NCBI GenBank assembly: GCA_036560025.1
Contig: DATBRZ010000259.1
Span: 96-64,095, forward strand
Direction: 5' to 3'
DNA: 64,000 nt
Source of the DNA: Gemmatimonadaceae bacterium
GTDB taxonomy: Bacteria; Gemmatimonadota; Gemmatimonadetes; Gemmatimonadales; Gemmatimonadaceae
The notes below the pieces were generated by a model. That model had not been told where the DNA came from and did no database searches. It saw nothing but the letters and a program-made list of their open reading frames with translations. Below, piece after piece: positions 1-10,129 of the stretch (the first letter of the stretch is position 1; each line of letters begins with the position of its first letter). The translations under genes and the position numbers were made by a program.

Positions 1-41
1 CGGATCCAAAGACCGATGTCCTGCCATTGGACGAGGGGGCA
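1..41 (-). tRNA. tRNA-Gln(TTG), 5' half; truncated by the window edge
   Basis: Reverse complement TGCCCCCTCGTCCAATGGCAGGACATCGGTCTTTGGATCCG: D-arm GTCC/GGAC, anticodon loop CT-TTG-GA; ispE followed by tRNA-Gln is a common arrangement. Confidence 0.88.
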
Positions 42-54
42 AGGTGGTCGAAAG

Positions 55-963
55 CTATCCGAGTCCAATGGGTTGAACAACGCTCGTCGCTGTACGCGTC
101 GGAGTGATTTGAGCGTCGCGAAGCGCCGTGTCGTGCGGAATCGGTGGGTCGATATCGTATACCGAAAAAAGTGCGGAACCCGAACCTGTCATTGATGCGA
201 ATACCGGTTCGGTTTCGCGAAGCGCCGCCAGCATTCCGGCCAGCGCCGGATAACGTCGAGTCACCGACTCCAGGAAATCGTTGCGCGCGAAGTCAGCGAC
301 GTCTCTCCAGCTGGCGAGAGCCGACGGATCAATGGGCTTTGGCTGCCCTGCGGCGGCAACGAGGCCGGCTTCGCGATCCTGGTCCAGCCACGTGTAGGCG
401 TCTTTTGTCGGGACTGAAAAACGCGGCACGACAATCAGTGCGTTTCGTTGCAGCAGCAGAGGCAGCGGCGAGATCCGATCGCCGCGTCCGGTTGCGCTTG
501 CGATCACTTCATTGCTGACGAGAAACGGGACGTCGGATCCGAGAGTTGCGGCAATCCCGTGCAGTTTCTCGGCTGACAACGGCCGAACAGCAAGAAAGTT
601 GAGGAGTCTGAGAACGCCGGCGGCATCAGCACTGCCGCCGCCAAGGCCGGCACCGACCGGGATCCATTTTGTCAGCTGTATCTCGAACCCGGGCGGCCAT
701 TTCGCTGCCTCTGCGTACGCCTCCGCTGCCCGGTAAGCGAGATTCTGCTCCGGCGGACCGAGATCTAGCGCTTCATTCCCGAGCGACGACATCACATCGA
801 GCGTTTGACGCCCCTCAGTTACTTTGAGCGTCAACCAGTCGCTCAGCTCGATACGCTGAAAAACAGTTTCGATCGCATGATACCCGGACGAATCGCGATC
901 GAACACACGCAGGTGAAGGTTGATCTTTCCCTGCGCTTTGATGCGCCCTGCGAGACCGCTCAT
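55..963 (-). CDS. ispE: 4-diphosphocytidyl-2-C-methyl-D-erythritol kinase
   Basis: KINLHL, GYHAIET, IPVGAGLGGGSADAA, GSDVPF, MTGSGS motifs. Confidence 0.95.
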   Translation of the reverse strand: MSGLAGRIKAQGKINLHLRVFDRDSSGYHAIETVFQRIELSDWLTLKVTEGRQTLDVMSSLGNEALDLGPPEQNLAYRAAEAYAEAAKWPPGFEIQLTKWIPVGAGLGGGSADAAGVLRLLNFLAVRPLSAEKLHGIAATLGSDVPFLVSNEVIASATGRGDRISPLPLLLQRNALIVVPRFSVPTKDAYTWLDQDREAGLVAAAGQPKPIDPSALASWRDVADFARNDFLESVTRRYPALAGMLAALRETEPVFASMTGSGSALFSVYDIDPPIPHDTALRDAQITPTRTATSVVQPIGLG

Positions 964-1970
964 TGCGCGGTCTCCGGAGCTGTGCGCAGCTCCTTGAAGT
1001 GCAATCCAAGGCGCGAGAAGTAGTACATCCCGATCGCGGTGATCGGGATGAACGAGAGAATGTGAAAGCCAATCGCCCAGCTGGTGGCCTGAGTCGCGGA
1101 AATCCCGTAGATCGCAAGACCGACGGTCGCAAGCTTCTCAAACACACCGAAGAAACCAGGCGCTGACGGCACGGCCACACCAATAGCGACGAGCATCTGG
1201 AGGAAAAGCGCGGCGGCGAAAGAGAGGTTGATGCCTACCGCCAAGAAGCCGAGCCAGAATGCCAAACCATTCAGCAGCCAATGAGCAATCGTCCAGCCAA
1301 GCACCACCGTGAAGCGTCGCGGGCTGCGCAGCACACTCAAACCCTGGCTGAACTTGAGCAGCACGGCCTTCCCTCGTTCCTCCACAGACGGTGAGACTCG
1401 TCGCGCGAAAATCTCAAAAATGCGAACGAGCTGCACCGGGAATACAGCCAGCGCGTAGAGTGCCCCCACGAGCAGGACGACCAGGACAATCGATCCCTGG
1501 GCGATGCTTCCCATCGACTGCCCGGCAATTTTCGCCGAATGCGGGAACGCCGGATCGAGTAAGCCGAGGGCTCCGAGCATAAGTAGAACCAGCATGTCGA
1601 ACACACGGTCAACGGCAAGTGACGCGAGACTAGTCGCGAATGAAACCGACGTCTCCCGCGTAAGCGCGTACGCCCGAGCGATTTCCCCTGCGCGCGCGGG
1701 GAGCACGTTGTTGACCATTATTCCGATTGCAATCGACCGCCACAGGGCACCGAGAGGCTGACCGGGAGCAACCGGCTCTAGAATCGCGCGCCATCGAATC
1801 GCCCGTAGCGGGAAGATCGCTGTAGCGCAGAACGCGGATGCGAGGAACAGGGGAAGGTTCGAACGCGAAAGCTCACCCCACACTGCGTTGAGCGACACAT
1901 CGCGCAGCACCCACGCAAGCAGCGCAGCGCTGAGCGCGATACCGACCGCGCTCCGCCATCCGGCCTTCAT
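960..1970 (-). CDS. lysylphosphatidylglycerol synthase TM-domain / flippase-like membrane protein (UPF0104)
   Basis: Multi-TM; RW, NNVLPARAGE, DRVFD, PSAPGFFG motifs. Confidence 0.85.
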   Translation of the reverse strand: MKAGWRSAVGIALSAALLAWVLRDVSLNAVWGELSRSNLPLFLASAFCATAIFPLRAIRWRAILEPVAPGQPLGALWRSIAIGIMVNNVLPARAGEIARAYALTRETSVSFATSLASLAVDRVFDMLVLLMLGALGLLDPAFPHSAKIAGQSMGSIAQGSIVLVVLLVGALYALAVFPVQLVRIFEIFARRVSPSVEERGKAVLLKFSQGLSVLRSPRRFTVVLGWTIAHWLLNGLAFWLGFLAVGINLSFAAALFLQMLVAIGVAVPSAPGFFGVFEKLATVGLAIYGISATQATSWAIGFHILSFIPITAIGMYYFSRLGLHFKELRTAPETAQ

Positions 1971-1973
1971 GCT

Positions 1974-2327
1974 CTACTCCTCGACGGCGAGCTGAATGAG
2001 ATCGAGGAGCTCCTCGACTTTGTCGGGCGTGGGAAGCGTGCCTGAGTCTCTTGCCTCTTGTCCGATCTCGATCGCCCGCTCGAGAGCCGCTCGACCGCGA
2101 TAGACAAGATTCTCGATCGGCACCAGTGCGGAAGCGGGTGTGCGACGAATTCCGGAGACTGCGCCAAGCTGCGCGATGCTCGCGCCGAGGAGATCCTGAA
2201 GCTCACGCCCTCGCGCGGGACTGAAGCGGGCCGGGTTGAGCGGGATTGCCCCGGCCGAGACGATATGTGGTCCCGCGTCATCGTAAAAGAGATCGGAGAT
2301 GGGAATCACGGCGGTGTCGGATGTCAT
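1974..2327 (-). CDS. hypothetical protein
   Basis: Fills the gap between pdxJ and the flippase-like gene with a 4-nt overlap; helical C-terminus. Confidence 0.7.
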   Translation of the reverse strand: MTSDTAVIPISDLFYDDAGPHIVSAGAIPLNPARFSPARGRELQDLLGASIAQLGAVSGIRRTPASALVPIENLVYRGRAALERAIEIGQEARDSGTLPTPDKVEELLDLIQLAVEE

Positions 2328-3070
2328 GCCGCGCCCCGCACCGAATCACGAGCGGCGTCCATCGCCTCGCGAATCTCACGCACTGCGGCCTCGAGTCCTA
2401 CAAACACAGCGCGGCTTACGATCGAGTGTCCAATGTTGAGCTCCTCGATCTCTGTGATTGCAGCGACCGGCCCGACATTATCGACCGTCAGCCCGTGTCC
2501 CGCATGAACAGCAAGCCCGAGCTCTCGACCCAGCCGCGCCGCTTTACGAATTGCATCCAACGCCGCGGATCGATCAGTCGCGCGCGAGTATTCGCCAGTG
2601 TGGAGCTCAATCGCTTCGGCGTCCAGATCGCGCGATGCGCGCACGGCTTCGTCATCCGGGTCGATGAACAGACTGGTCCGAATCCCTGCGGTGCGGAGCC
2701 GACTGACGGAGTCTCGCACCGCCTGCGGTCTTGCCACAACCGCGAGGCCGCCCTCTGTGGTTACTTCTTGACGTCGCTCCGGAACGAGCGTCACCTGTTG
2801 CGGACGCAACCGGAGAGCAATCGAGATCATCTCCGGCACGCAGGCGCTCTCGAGATTGAAGTATGTGCGCACATTCGTTGCGAGCCGCTCCACGTCCGCG
2901 TCCTGGATGTGTCGTCGGTCTTCGCGCAGATGCGCGGTGATGCCATCGGCGCCGGCGCGCTCGCAAAGCGCAGCCGCTTCGACAGGATCCGGCTCATCAC
3001 CCCGCCGCGCCTGCCTGAGAGTCGCGACGTGATCGACGTTCACGTACAGGCGCAAATGTCTTGCTGCCAT
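2324..3070 (-). CDS. pdxJ: pyridoxine 5'-phosphate synthase
   Basis: VNVDHVATLRQAR, HLREDRRHI, TTEGGL, HAGHGL, ELNIGHSI. Confidence 0.97.
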   Translation of the reverse strand: MAARHLRLYVNVDHVATLRQARRGDEPDPVEAAALCERAGADGITAHLREDRRHIQDADVERLATNVRTYFNLESACVPEMISIALRLRPQQVTLVPERRQEVTTEGGLAVVARPQAVRDSVSRLRTAGIRTSLFIDPDDEAVRASRDLDAEAIELHTGEYSRATDRSAALDAIRKAARLGRELGLAVHAGHGLTVDNVGPVAAITEIEELNIGHSIVSRAVFVGLEAAVREIREAMDAARDSVRGAA

Positions 3071-3112
3071 TGATACCCGCCGTTAGGTTCGCACCGAATT
3101 ACCGGAGAAAAC

Positions 3113-3589
3113 TTGGTGAAGAGATTAGCAATCGTGCTGCTCGTGCTCGCCGCATGCCGCACGGCTACGACTACGACGACTACCAGCGGCACTGCGGCAC
3201 CCGCGCCGACAACCGGTCCGCAGTCCGTCGGCGGAGCCACGCCTCGCGGCGCCGTCGAGCAGTTCCTTGCCGCTGTTCGCGCGCAGGACCTTCAGGCGAT
3301 GTCCACCGTGTTCGGCACCTCGCGCGGACCGTCACGCGACAACATGGATCGGGAGCAGCTCGAGAAAAGACTCATCATTCTGCAGTGCTACTTCAATCAC
3401 GACAAATTTCGCATTCTCGGGGAAGCTGCGGGAGAAGCTTCGCATCGCATCCTGACTGTCGAGCTCACACGCGGGAGACTCGTCCGATCACCGCGATTCT
3501 ATGCCATCCGCGGACCTGGTGATCGCTGGTTCGTGGATAACATGGAGATTGCCGCGGTTGCCCAGTTCTGCGCACAGCCGCCGCGTTAA
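3113..3589 (+). CDS. hypothetical lipoprotein
   Basis: KRLAIVLLVLAAC lipobox, Thr-rich linker, small alpha/beta domain; start may be GTG 3116. Confidence 0.75.
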   Translation: MVKRLAIVLLVLAACRTATTTTTTSGTAAPAPTTGPQSVGGATPRGAVEQFLAAVRAQDLQAMSTVFGTSRGPSRDNMDREQLEKRLIILQCYFNHDKFRILGEAAGEASHRILTVELTRGRLVRSPRFYAIRGPGDRWFVDNMEIAAVAQFCAQPPR

Positions 3590-4000
3590 CTAGCGCTCAC
3601 TGAGCTCCACCAGCACGCCGCCCGTTGACGACGGGTTGAGAAACGCAATTCGCTTTCCCTCCGCGCCGATACGCGGAGTCTCGTCGATGAGCCTCACACC
3701 CGCAGATCGACAGCGCGTCAATGCCGCATCGAGATCGTCGACGGAAAAGCAGATGTGATGGATCCCAGGACCGCGGCGAGCAACGAAGCGCCCGACTGGA
3801 GAATCGTCTTCCCCTGCCTCGAGCAGCTCGACGAGTGATCCATCGGCGTCAAAGCCCGTAATTCGGGCGCCGTCCGTATCGGAAAGCTCCACAGTCTCCA
3901 TCTGCAGAACATCGCGACAAAAGGGCGCGAGATCGTCGAGCGATCTGAGAGCGATTCCAACATGCGCGATTCGCGCGCCCTTGGGGGTTCCCGGCGGCAT
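3590..4000 (-). CDS. mce: methylmalonyl-CoA epimerase (VOC family)
   Basis: HVGIA, VELLE, GPGIHHICF, PRIGAEG, GGVLVEL. Confidence 0.85.
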   Translation of the reverse strand: MPPGTPKGARIAHVGIALRSLDDLAPFCRDVLQMETVELSDTDGARITGFDADGSLVELLEAGEDDSPVGRFVARRGPGIHHICFSVDDLDAALTRCRSAGVRLIDETPRIGAEGKRIAFLNPSSTGGVLVELSER

Positions 4001-4066
4001 TAGATTTCGAGAAAGGAAAACAAAAGTTAGCCAATAGAACAGGGCGTATTACGCCGGAGAACGATA

Positions 4067-4393
4067 ATGTCGAATTCAGTGGACGTGACCGATAGCGACT
4101 TCGAGAACGAGATCGAGAACCATCAAGGGCTGGCAGTGGTCGACTTCTGGGCGACCTGGTGCGGTCCGTGCCGCATCATCGCGCCCGCGCTCGATCAGCT
4201 GGCAGTCGAGTACGCCGGTAAGGCGAAGGTGGCAAAGCTCGACGTCGATACGAATATCAAGACCGCGTCGCGGTTCGGCGTCCGCTCAATTCCTGCCATT
4301 CTTTTCTTCAAGGATGGCAAGCTCGTCGATCAGGTGATCGGCGCAGTGCCGAAGGCGCACCTCGACCAGAAGTTCCGTCAGCACGCGGCGTAA
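4067..4393 (+). CDS. trxA: thioredoxin
   Basis: DFWATWCGPC, GVRSIP; GGAGA RBS. Confidence 0.97.
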   Translation: MSNSVDVTDSDFENEIENHQGLAVVDFWATWCGPCRIIAPALDQLAVEYAGKAKVAKLDVDTNIKTASRFGVRSIPAILFFKDGKLVDQVIGAVPKAHLDQKFRQHAA

Positions 4394-4408
4394 CGCGGCC
4401 GCCATTCA

Positions 4409-5245
4409 GTGACTGTCGGCGCCGAGTCGGGGTCGCTCTACGTGGTGAGCACCCCGATCGGCAACCTCGGGGATCTCTCGTATCGCGCGGTCGAGGTTCT
4501 GTCGTCTGCCTCGATGATCGTTGCCGAAGACACGCGCCACTCTCGGCGTCTTCTCGACCACTACGAGATAAAGACCCGGTGTTACGCATACCACGAGCAT
4601 AACGAAGCGCGGGAGACTCCGAAGCTCATCCGCCGCCTCAAGGCGGGCGAATCGATCGCGCTCATCACCGATGCGGGCACGCCGCTGGTATCTGATCCCG
4701 GCTCGCGGCTCGTGGGTGCGGCAATCGACGCGGGCATTGCCGTCGTTCCGATTCCGGGAGCATCGGCGCTCCTCGCGGCGCTCGTGGCTTCGGGTCTCGC
4801 CGGCGAAACCTTCACCTTCCTCGGATTCCTGCCGAGAAAGGGAAAGGAGAGATTCGCAGCGCTTACCGAATTGATGCGGTCGCGACATGCGGCTGTGATT
4901 TACGAAGCACCATCGCGCGTGGGCGCGACACTCGGCGAGATTGCAGACGCCGGAGCAGGCGCGCGCACCGCTGTCGTTGCGCGCGAATTGACGAAGAAAT
5001 TCGAGGAATTCGCGCGCGGCAACGTATCCGAGCTCGCTCAGCGCTTCCGTGCCGAACCAGCGCGCGGCGAGGTCGTGATTCTGATTGGCCCTGCTACCGC
5101 TCAAGCGCCGGACGAAGCCAATCTCCGTTCCAGCGCGCTCCGCCTTCGCGAACAGGGCTCATCGCCGCGCGAAATAGCCGAGCGATTGACCGTCGAGCTG
5201 GGCGCGCCGCGAAATCTCGCTTATCGCATTGCCCACGAGACGTGA
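4409..5245 (+). CDS. rsmI: 16S rRNA C1402 2'-O-methyltransferase
   Basis: LYVVSTPIGNLGD, AEDTR, DAGTPLVSDPG, RELTKKFEE. Confidence 0.96.
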   Translation: MTVGAESGSLYVVSTPIGNLGDLSYRAVEVLSSASMIVAEDTRHSRRLLDHYEIKTRCYAYHEHNEARETPKLIRRLKAGESIALITDAGTPLVSDPGSRLVGAAIDAGIAVVPIPGASALLAALVASGLAGETFTFLGFLPRKGKERFAALTELMRSRHAAVIYEAPSRVGATLGEIADAGAGARTAVVARELTKKFEEFARGNVSELAQRFRAEPARGEVVILIGPATAQAPDEANLRSSALRLREQGSSPREIAERLTVELGAPRNLAYRIAHET

Positions 5246-7443
5246 TCGCGTTTCCTGAAGTCGAGCCGGTAGCGGAGGAGCTCGATCCGGATCGAGTTGC
5301 CGACGACCTCGGCCCGCATGGGCCGATCGCGGTTGCCATGCGCCGTTACGAGGACCGTCCGTCGCAGCGAGACATGGCAAGAACGATCACGTCGCTCTAC
5401 AACGACGGTGGCACTGGTCTTCTCGAGGCCGGCACCGGCGTCGGGAAATCGCTTGCGTACCTCGTGCCCGCGCTCCGATGGGCTGCGCTCACGGGAGAGC
5501 GCACAGTCGTATCGACGAACACAATCAACCTTCAGGAGCAGCTCGTCGGGAAGGATCTCCCCTTTCTCGCTACGGCCCTGGAGGGCGAACAGCCCGTGCG
5601 ATTCGCGCTGCTCAAGGGCTGGCGAAACTATCTGTGTCTGCTTCGTCTCGACCAGGCGCGGATGTTCGGCGACGCGCTTCTCGACAACGGTAACGGAGAT
5701 TTTCAGGCGCTCGCCGCGTGGGCAGCCACTACGACCGACGGGACAGTAAGCGATCTACCGAAAGTTCTTGCGCGCGAGACATGGGACGAGGTCGCCGCCG
5801 AGCCGGATCTCTGTGTGCGGAATGAGTGCCCGCATTTCGAGCGCTGCTTCTTTTTTCGCTCGCGACGACAGGCGGCGAACGCGGATGTAGTCGTGGCGAA
5901 TCATCACCTGCTGATGTCCGATGTGGCGATTCGTCGCATGCAGGGGAATTGGGAGGAAGCCGCGGTTCTTCCGCCGTACAATCGATTGGTGATCGATGAA
6001 GGCCATCACCTCGAGGACGCAGCCGCCGCCCACCTCGGCGCAACAGCGACGCGCGCTGGATTGCTGCGTCTGCTCTCACGGCTCAACCGGCCGGCATCGG
6101 GACTGCGTGCGGCGCGCGGGCTGATCCCACTTCTGGAGCAAAGGCTTCGCGCGGGAACGGATCTCTTCAGTCACGCGAGCCTTCAGCTGATCGAGGAGAA
6201 AATCAGTCCGGCTGTCGCCACGATTCGTGAGAAAGGCGCGACACTGTTCAACCTGATGGAGTCTGTGCTGAGAGAATCGCCGCAGCAGCCCGTCGTGCGG
6301 CTGACTCCCGACTTCGCGATGCATCCGGTGTGGCGTGCGGGGCTCGATGCCACATTCAATGACCTGCTCACCGAAATCGCGCGACTCGTCGATGCACTTG
6401 CGCTCATACGCGACCGATGGGCGTCGAAGCTTGCCGAGGATGAGGGCCTTGCCGCACTCGTAAGTGAGATGCGCGGCGTAGGACGTCGGCTCGAAGCGTT
6501 CGGTATCGCTCTCGACGGAGCTCTCGACTCGGGGCCCGGTTCGCACCAGCGAATACGCTGGGTCGAATTGCGGGGTCGCGACAACGTCGCACTCACCTGG
6601 GTTCCGTTGGACCTCGCGCCGATCCTTCGTGAAGATCTCTTCTCGCGGCTGCGCACGACGGTGGTGACGAGCGCTACTCTTGCGCCGGACGGCGGCTTCG
6701 ATTTTCTCGCCGCCCGGATCGGTGCAGACGGTCTCGAGATTCCACCGGTAGCCAAGTCGTTTCCTTCACCCTTCGATTTTGCGCGGCAGGCGGTGCTCGC
6801 AATTCCCACGGATACTCCGCCTCCGAACGCAGATGCGGAAATGCATCTCGCAGCGGTCACGCGAATGGTCGCAGACTTCGCGGACGCAAGCGACGGCGGA
6901 TTATTCGCGCTGTTCACGAGCCACCGTGACGTCCGCGAAGTCGCAGTGCGACTCCGCGCTATCGGGCTCGAAGCAAATCGTCCGCTGCTGGTGCATGGAG
7001 ACGAGAGCCGCGACATCCTGCTGACGAAGTTCCGCCAATCGGGCAGAGCCGTGCTTGTCGGAACCTCTTCCTACTGGGAAGGCGTCGACGTCCCCGGGCA
7101 TGCACTGCGCGGATTGTTGATCGCCCGACTTCCGTTCCGCGTTCCCACCGAGCCGGTTACAGCCGCTCATTGCGAGGCGATCATCGAGCGCGGCGGAGAC
7201 CCGTTCGCCGAGTACATGGTACCGCACGCGGCGCTGCGCCTGAAGCAGGGATTCGGCCGACTGATTCGAACCGCAACGGACAGAGGCGCTATCGTAATCG
7301 CCGATTCCCGCGTCGTAACGAAGGATTACGGTGCAACGCTGTTACGCGCCCTGCCTCCCGCGCGTAGACTGCTGTTACCCTGGCCGGAAATCGTGGGGCA
7401 ACTCAGGGAGTTCTACACGGTGTCCGATCATGCGACCAGGTAA
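5242..7443 (+). CDS. DinG/YoaA-family ATP-dependent Fe-S helicase
   Basis: EAGTGVGKS, Fe-S Cys residues (NYLC...CVRNECPHFERC), DEGH, TSAT, WEGVD, QGFGRLIR. Confidence 0.93.
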   Translation: MIAFPEVEPVAEELDPDRVADDLGPHGPIAVAMRRYEDRPSQRDMARTITSLYNDGGTGLLEAGTGVGKSLAYLVPALRWAALTGERTVVSTNTINLQEQLVGKDLPFLATALEGEQPVRFALLKGWRNYLCLLRLDQARMFGDALLDNGNGDFQALAAWAATTTDGTVSDLPKVLARETWDEVAAEPDLCVRNECPHFERCFFFRSRRQAANADVVVANHHLLMSDVAIRRMQGNWEEAAVLPPYNRLVIDEGHHLEDAAAAHLGATATRAGLLRLLSRLNRPASGLRAARGLIPLLEQRLRAGTDLFSHASLQLIEEKISPAVATIREKGATLFNLMESVLRESPQQPVVRLTPDFAMHPVWRAGLDATFNDLLTEIARLVDALALIRDRWASKLAEDEGLAALVSEMRGVGRRLEAFGIALDGALDSGPGSHQRIRWVELRGRDNVALTWVPLDLAPILREDLFSRLRTTVVTSATLAPDGGFDFLAARIGADGLEIPPVAKSFPSPFDFARQAVLAIPTDTPPPNADAEMHLAAVTRMVADFADASDGGLFALFTSHRDVREVAVRLRAIGLEANRPLLVHGDESRDILLTKFRQSGRAVLVGTSSYWEGVDVPGHALRGLLIARLPFRVPTEPVTAAHCEAIIERGGDPFAEYMVPHAALRLKQGFGRLIRTATDRGAIVIADSRVVTKDYGATLLRALPPARRLLLPWPEIVGQLREFYTVSDHATR

Positions 7444-8041
7444 GATCGTCTGCATCGGTCGGAATTACCGCGATCACGCGAAGGAGATGGGGAATGAGGT
7501 TCCGACCGAGCCATTGTTCTTTCTCAAGCCTTCGACGAGCGTGATCGGAAACGGCGATGCAATCGTGCTTCCACCGCAGTCGGACCAGGTTGAGTTCGAA
7601 GGTGAGATTGGAGTCGTAGTGGGACGAAAGCTTACTCGTGCGTCCGAGGCAGAAGCAGTCGCGGCCATCGAGGGAATAGTCGCATTGAACGACGTCACCG
7701 CGCGCGATCTTCAACGCAAGGACAGTCAATGGACACGCGCAAAGGGGTTCGACACGTTCTGCCCGATCGGAGCGATTGCAGCTGCGCCCTCGGATTTTTC
7801 GACGCTGACAGTCGTCACCCGGGTCAATGATGTCGAGCGCCAGCGCGCTTCGTGTGCGGACATGGTTTTCTCGATTCCGTTTCTTCTCTCGTACATCTCG
7901 CACGTCATGACGCTCGAGCCGGGTGACGTGCTTGCGACAGGCACTCCAGCCGGCGTGGGACCTCTTTCCGGCGGCGACTCGGTTGTAGTCGAAGTCGAAG
8001 GCATCAGCACGGTCTCCAATCCGGTCGAGGCGGGGCGCTGA
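7430..8041 (+). CDS. fumarylacetoacetate hydrolase family protein
   Basis: KIVCIGRNY, EFEGE, NDVTARD, KGFDTFCP, TGTPAGVG; start moved to ATG 7430. Confidence 0.92.
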   Translation: MRPGKIVCIGRNYRDHAKEMGNEVPTEPLFFLKPSTSVIGNGDAIVLPPQSDQVEFEGEIGVVVGRKLTRASEAEAVAAIEGIVALNDVTARDLQRKDSQWTRAKGFDTFCPIGAIAAAPSDFSTLTVVTRVNDVERQRASCADMVFSIPFLLSYISHVMTLEPGDVLATGTPAGVGPLSGGDSVVVEVEGISTVSNPVEAGR

Positions 8042-9222
8042 TGCCACCTCTCTCTCGGCGAATCGGAGAGCTTCCGGACTATCCGCTTGCGCGCGTGCCG
8101 GCGAAAAAGCGCGAGCTCATCGCGCGAGGAATGGACGTGATCGATCTCGGAGCTGGCGACGCCGATCTTGCGCCGCCGCCGGCAGCTGTCAAACGACTGA
8201 GTGAAGCGGCGGCTCAACCTGCGATGAGCCGTTACGGCTTTGGGTTGGGACTTGTTGCATTTCGGGAAGCAGTCACGCGCTGGATGAAAAAAAGATTCGG
8301 TGTGGAATTCGATCCTATTCGCGAAATCGTTCCGCTCATCGGATCGAAGGAAGGGATCGCGCATCTCGCGCTCGCGTACGTCGGTCCAGGCGATGTGACG
8401 ATCGTCCCGGAGCCGGGATATCTTGCTTATCTGGGCGGAACGGTACTTTCCGACGGCGTGCCGTACCTCTATCCCCTGAGACCGGAAAACGATTTTCTGG
8501 TCGATCTCGATGAGATTCCCGCCGACATCCTGAAGAAGACGCGCATCGTTTACCTCAACTACCCGAACAATCCAACGGCCGCAGTCGCGCCGCCGTATTA
8601 CCTGGAGAAGGTTGTCCGGCGTTGCAAGGAACTGGACATCCTGCTGGTGTACGACAATGCATACTCCGAGCTGGCATTCGACGGATACCGGCCGCCAAGC
8701 ATTTTCGAGATCGACGGTGCGCGCGACGTTGCAGTCGAGTTTCACTCGGTGTCCAAGACCTACAACATGACTGGTTGGCGCTGCGGTTGGGCAGCCGGCC
8801 GGTCAGACGTTATGACGGCGCTGGCGCAGGTGAAGTCTTTTACCGATACCGGCGCTTTTCAGGCTGTGCAGGCGGCGGCGATTGCGGCAATCGAAAGCTG
8901 GGAGGAGTTCGTTCCGCGCAACGTCGCGACTTTTCAGGAGCGACGCGACGCCGCCGTCGAGGCGTTTCGCGAAAACGGATTCGACTGCGAGTCGCCGAAG
9001 GCAACGATGTATTTGTGGATCCCGCTGCCCGAGCACATTACCAGCGCCGAGTTCGTGGAGTTTCTCATGGAGGAAGAGGGAGTGGTCGTGCTGCCGGGCT
9101 CAGGATTCGGTCGGGGAGGGGAAGGCTTCTTTCGCGTGTCTTTCGTACAGTCGCCGGAAAGAATTCGCGAGGCGGCAAAGCGTGCCGGGCGCGTGCTTGC
9201 GCGTCTGAGCGTGGGCGCCTGA
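8041..9222 (+). CDS. class I/II PLP aminotransferase (LL-diaminopimelate aminotransferase-like)
   Basis: GSKEG, NYPNNPT, DNAY, SVSKTYNMTGWR. Confidence 0.9.
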   Translation: MPPLSRRIGELPDYPLARVPAKKRELIARGMDVIDLGAGDADLAPPPAAVKRLSEAAAQPAMSRYGFGLGLVAFREAVTRWMKKRFGVEFDPIREIVPLIGSKEGIAHLALAYVGPGDVTIVPEPGYLAYLGGTVLSDGVPYLYPLRPENDFLVDLDEIPADILKKTRIVYLNYPNNPTAAVAPPYYLEKVVRRCKELDILLVYDNAYSELAFDGYRPPSIFEIDGARDVAVEFHSVSKTYNMTGWRCGWAAGRSDVMTALAQVKSFTDTGAFQAVQAAAIAAIESWEEFVPRNVATFQERRDAAVEAFRENGFDCESPKATMYLWIPLPEHITSAEFVEFLMEEEGVVVLPGSGFGRGGEGFFRVSFVQSPERIREAAKRAGRVLARLSVGA

Positions 9223-9238
9223 CGATCAGGGATCTTTC

Positions 9239-10129
9239 TTGAACACACTGCGGAACAGTCGAAGTGAGCATCGCGATCGGGGACCGGTGCGCCGACCGTC
9301 GGCGCCTTTTTTCGTGTCGCTCGTCGTGCACATTGCTCTCGCGGTGCTGTTCGTGCGATTCCTCGTTGCGCCGTCGGAGTTCCTCAACATTTTCGGCCGC
9401 CGCGCTTCGGAGCCCGTACCGGTTGAGCGCATCGGATTTCTCGCTCTTCCAAAGGCGAAGGGCAAGCCGATCGAAGGGAGGAGCGGAGGCGACAATCGAC
9501 CCGCCGTCGTCAAGCCTCCACAGCGAATTGTCGCGCCGTCCGAAGTGCCAGGTGAGCTTCCGCCCCCGTCGGCCGCGCCGACTCCTGCTACACCTGAAGA
9601 AGGAAGCGGCCCACTCGTCGGCACCGGTGGTCCGGCGAAGGGAATTCGTCCGACGTACGCTGATCCTCGCTTGTGGCCGGCGCCCGGCGACGTCGTCGCC
9701 GCGCCGAAGACGCCAACTCAGCGACTCGATTCCGTAATCGCGACAATCATCCAGCCGTTCAACGACACGCTCGCAGCTCGCGCTGCACAGCGGAAACCCG
9801 GTGACTGGACAATCGAAAAGGATGGTCGCAAGTACGGCATCGACCAGAAGTACATCCACCTCGGCAAGGCCAAGATTCCAACCGCTATTCTCGCACTGCT
9901 TCCATTGAACCTGCAGGCGAACCCGATCGCAGCCGAGCGGAATCGCATGCAGGATCAGCTTCACTCCGACATCATGTCACAGGCGCAGCGCGGAATGAAC
10001 GAGGCTGATTTCCGCAAGGCGGTTAAGAGCATTCGCGAGAGAAAGGAAAGAGAGCGCGCTCAGGAAGAGGCAAAAAAGAAAGGGCCGACTGATCAGCCGG
10101 CCCCTGCGTCGGGAGCAAGCAGAAACTAG
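9239..10129 (+). CDS. hypothetical single-TM Pro-rich protein
   Basis: SLVVH TM segment like TonB-type anchors, Pro-rich spacer, charged C-terminal helix; start uncertain. Confidence 0.7.
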   Translation: MNTLRNSRSEHRDRGPVRRPSAPFFVSLVVHIALAVLFVRFLVAPSEFLNIFGRRASEPVPVERIGFLALPKAKGKPIEGRSGGDNRPAVVKPPQRIVAPSEVPGELPPPSAAPTPATPEEGSGPLVGTGGPAKGIRPTYADPRLWPAPGDVVAAPKTPTQRLDSVIATIIQPFNDTLAARAAQRKPGDWTIEKDGRKYGIDQKYIHLGKAKIPTAILALLPLNLQANPIAAERNRMQDQLHSDIMSQAQRGMNEADFRKAVKSIRERKERERAQEEAKKKGPTDQPAPASGASRN

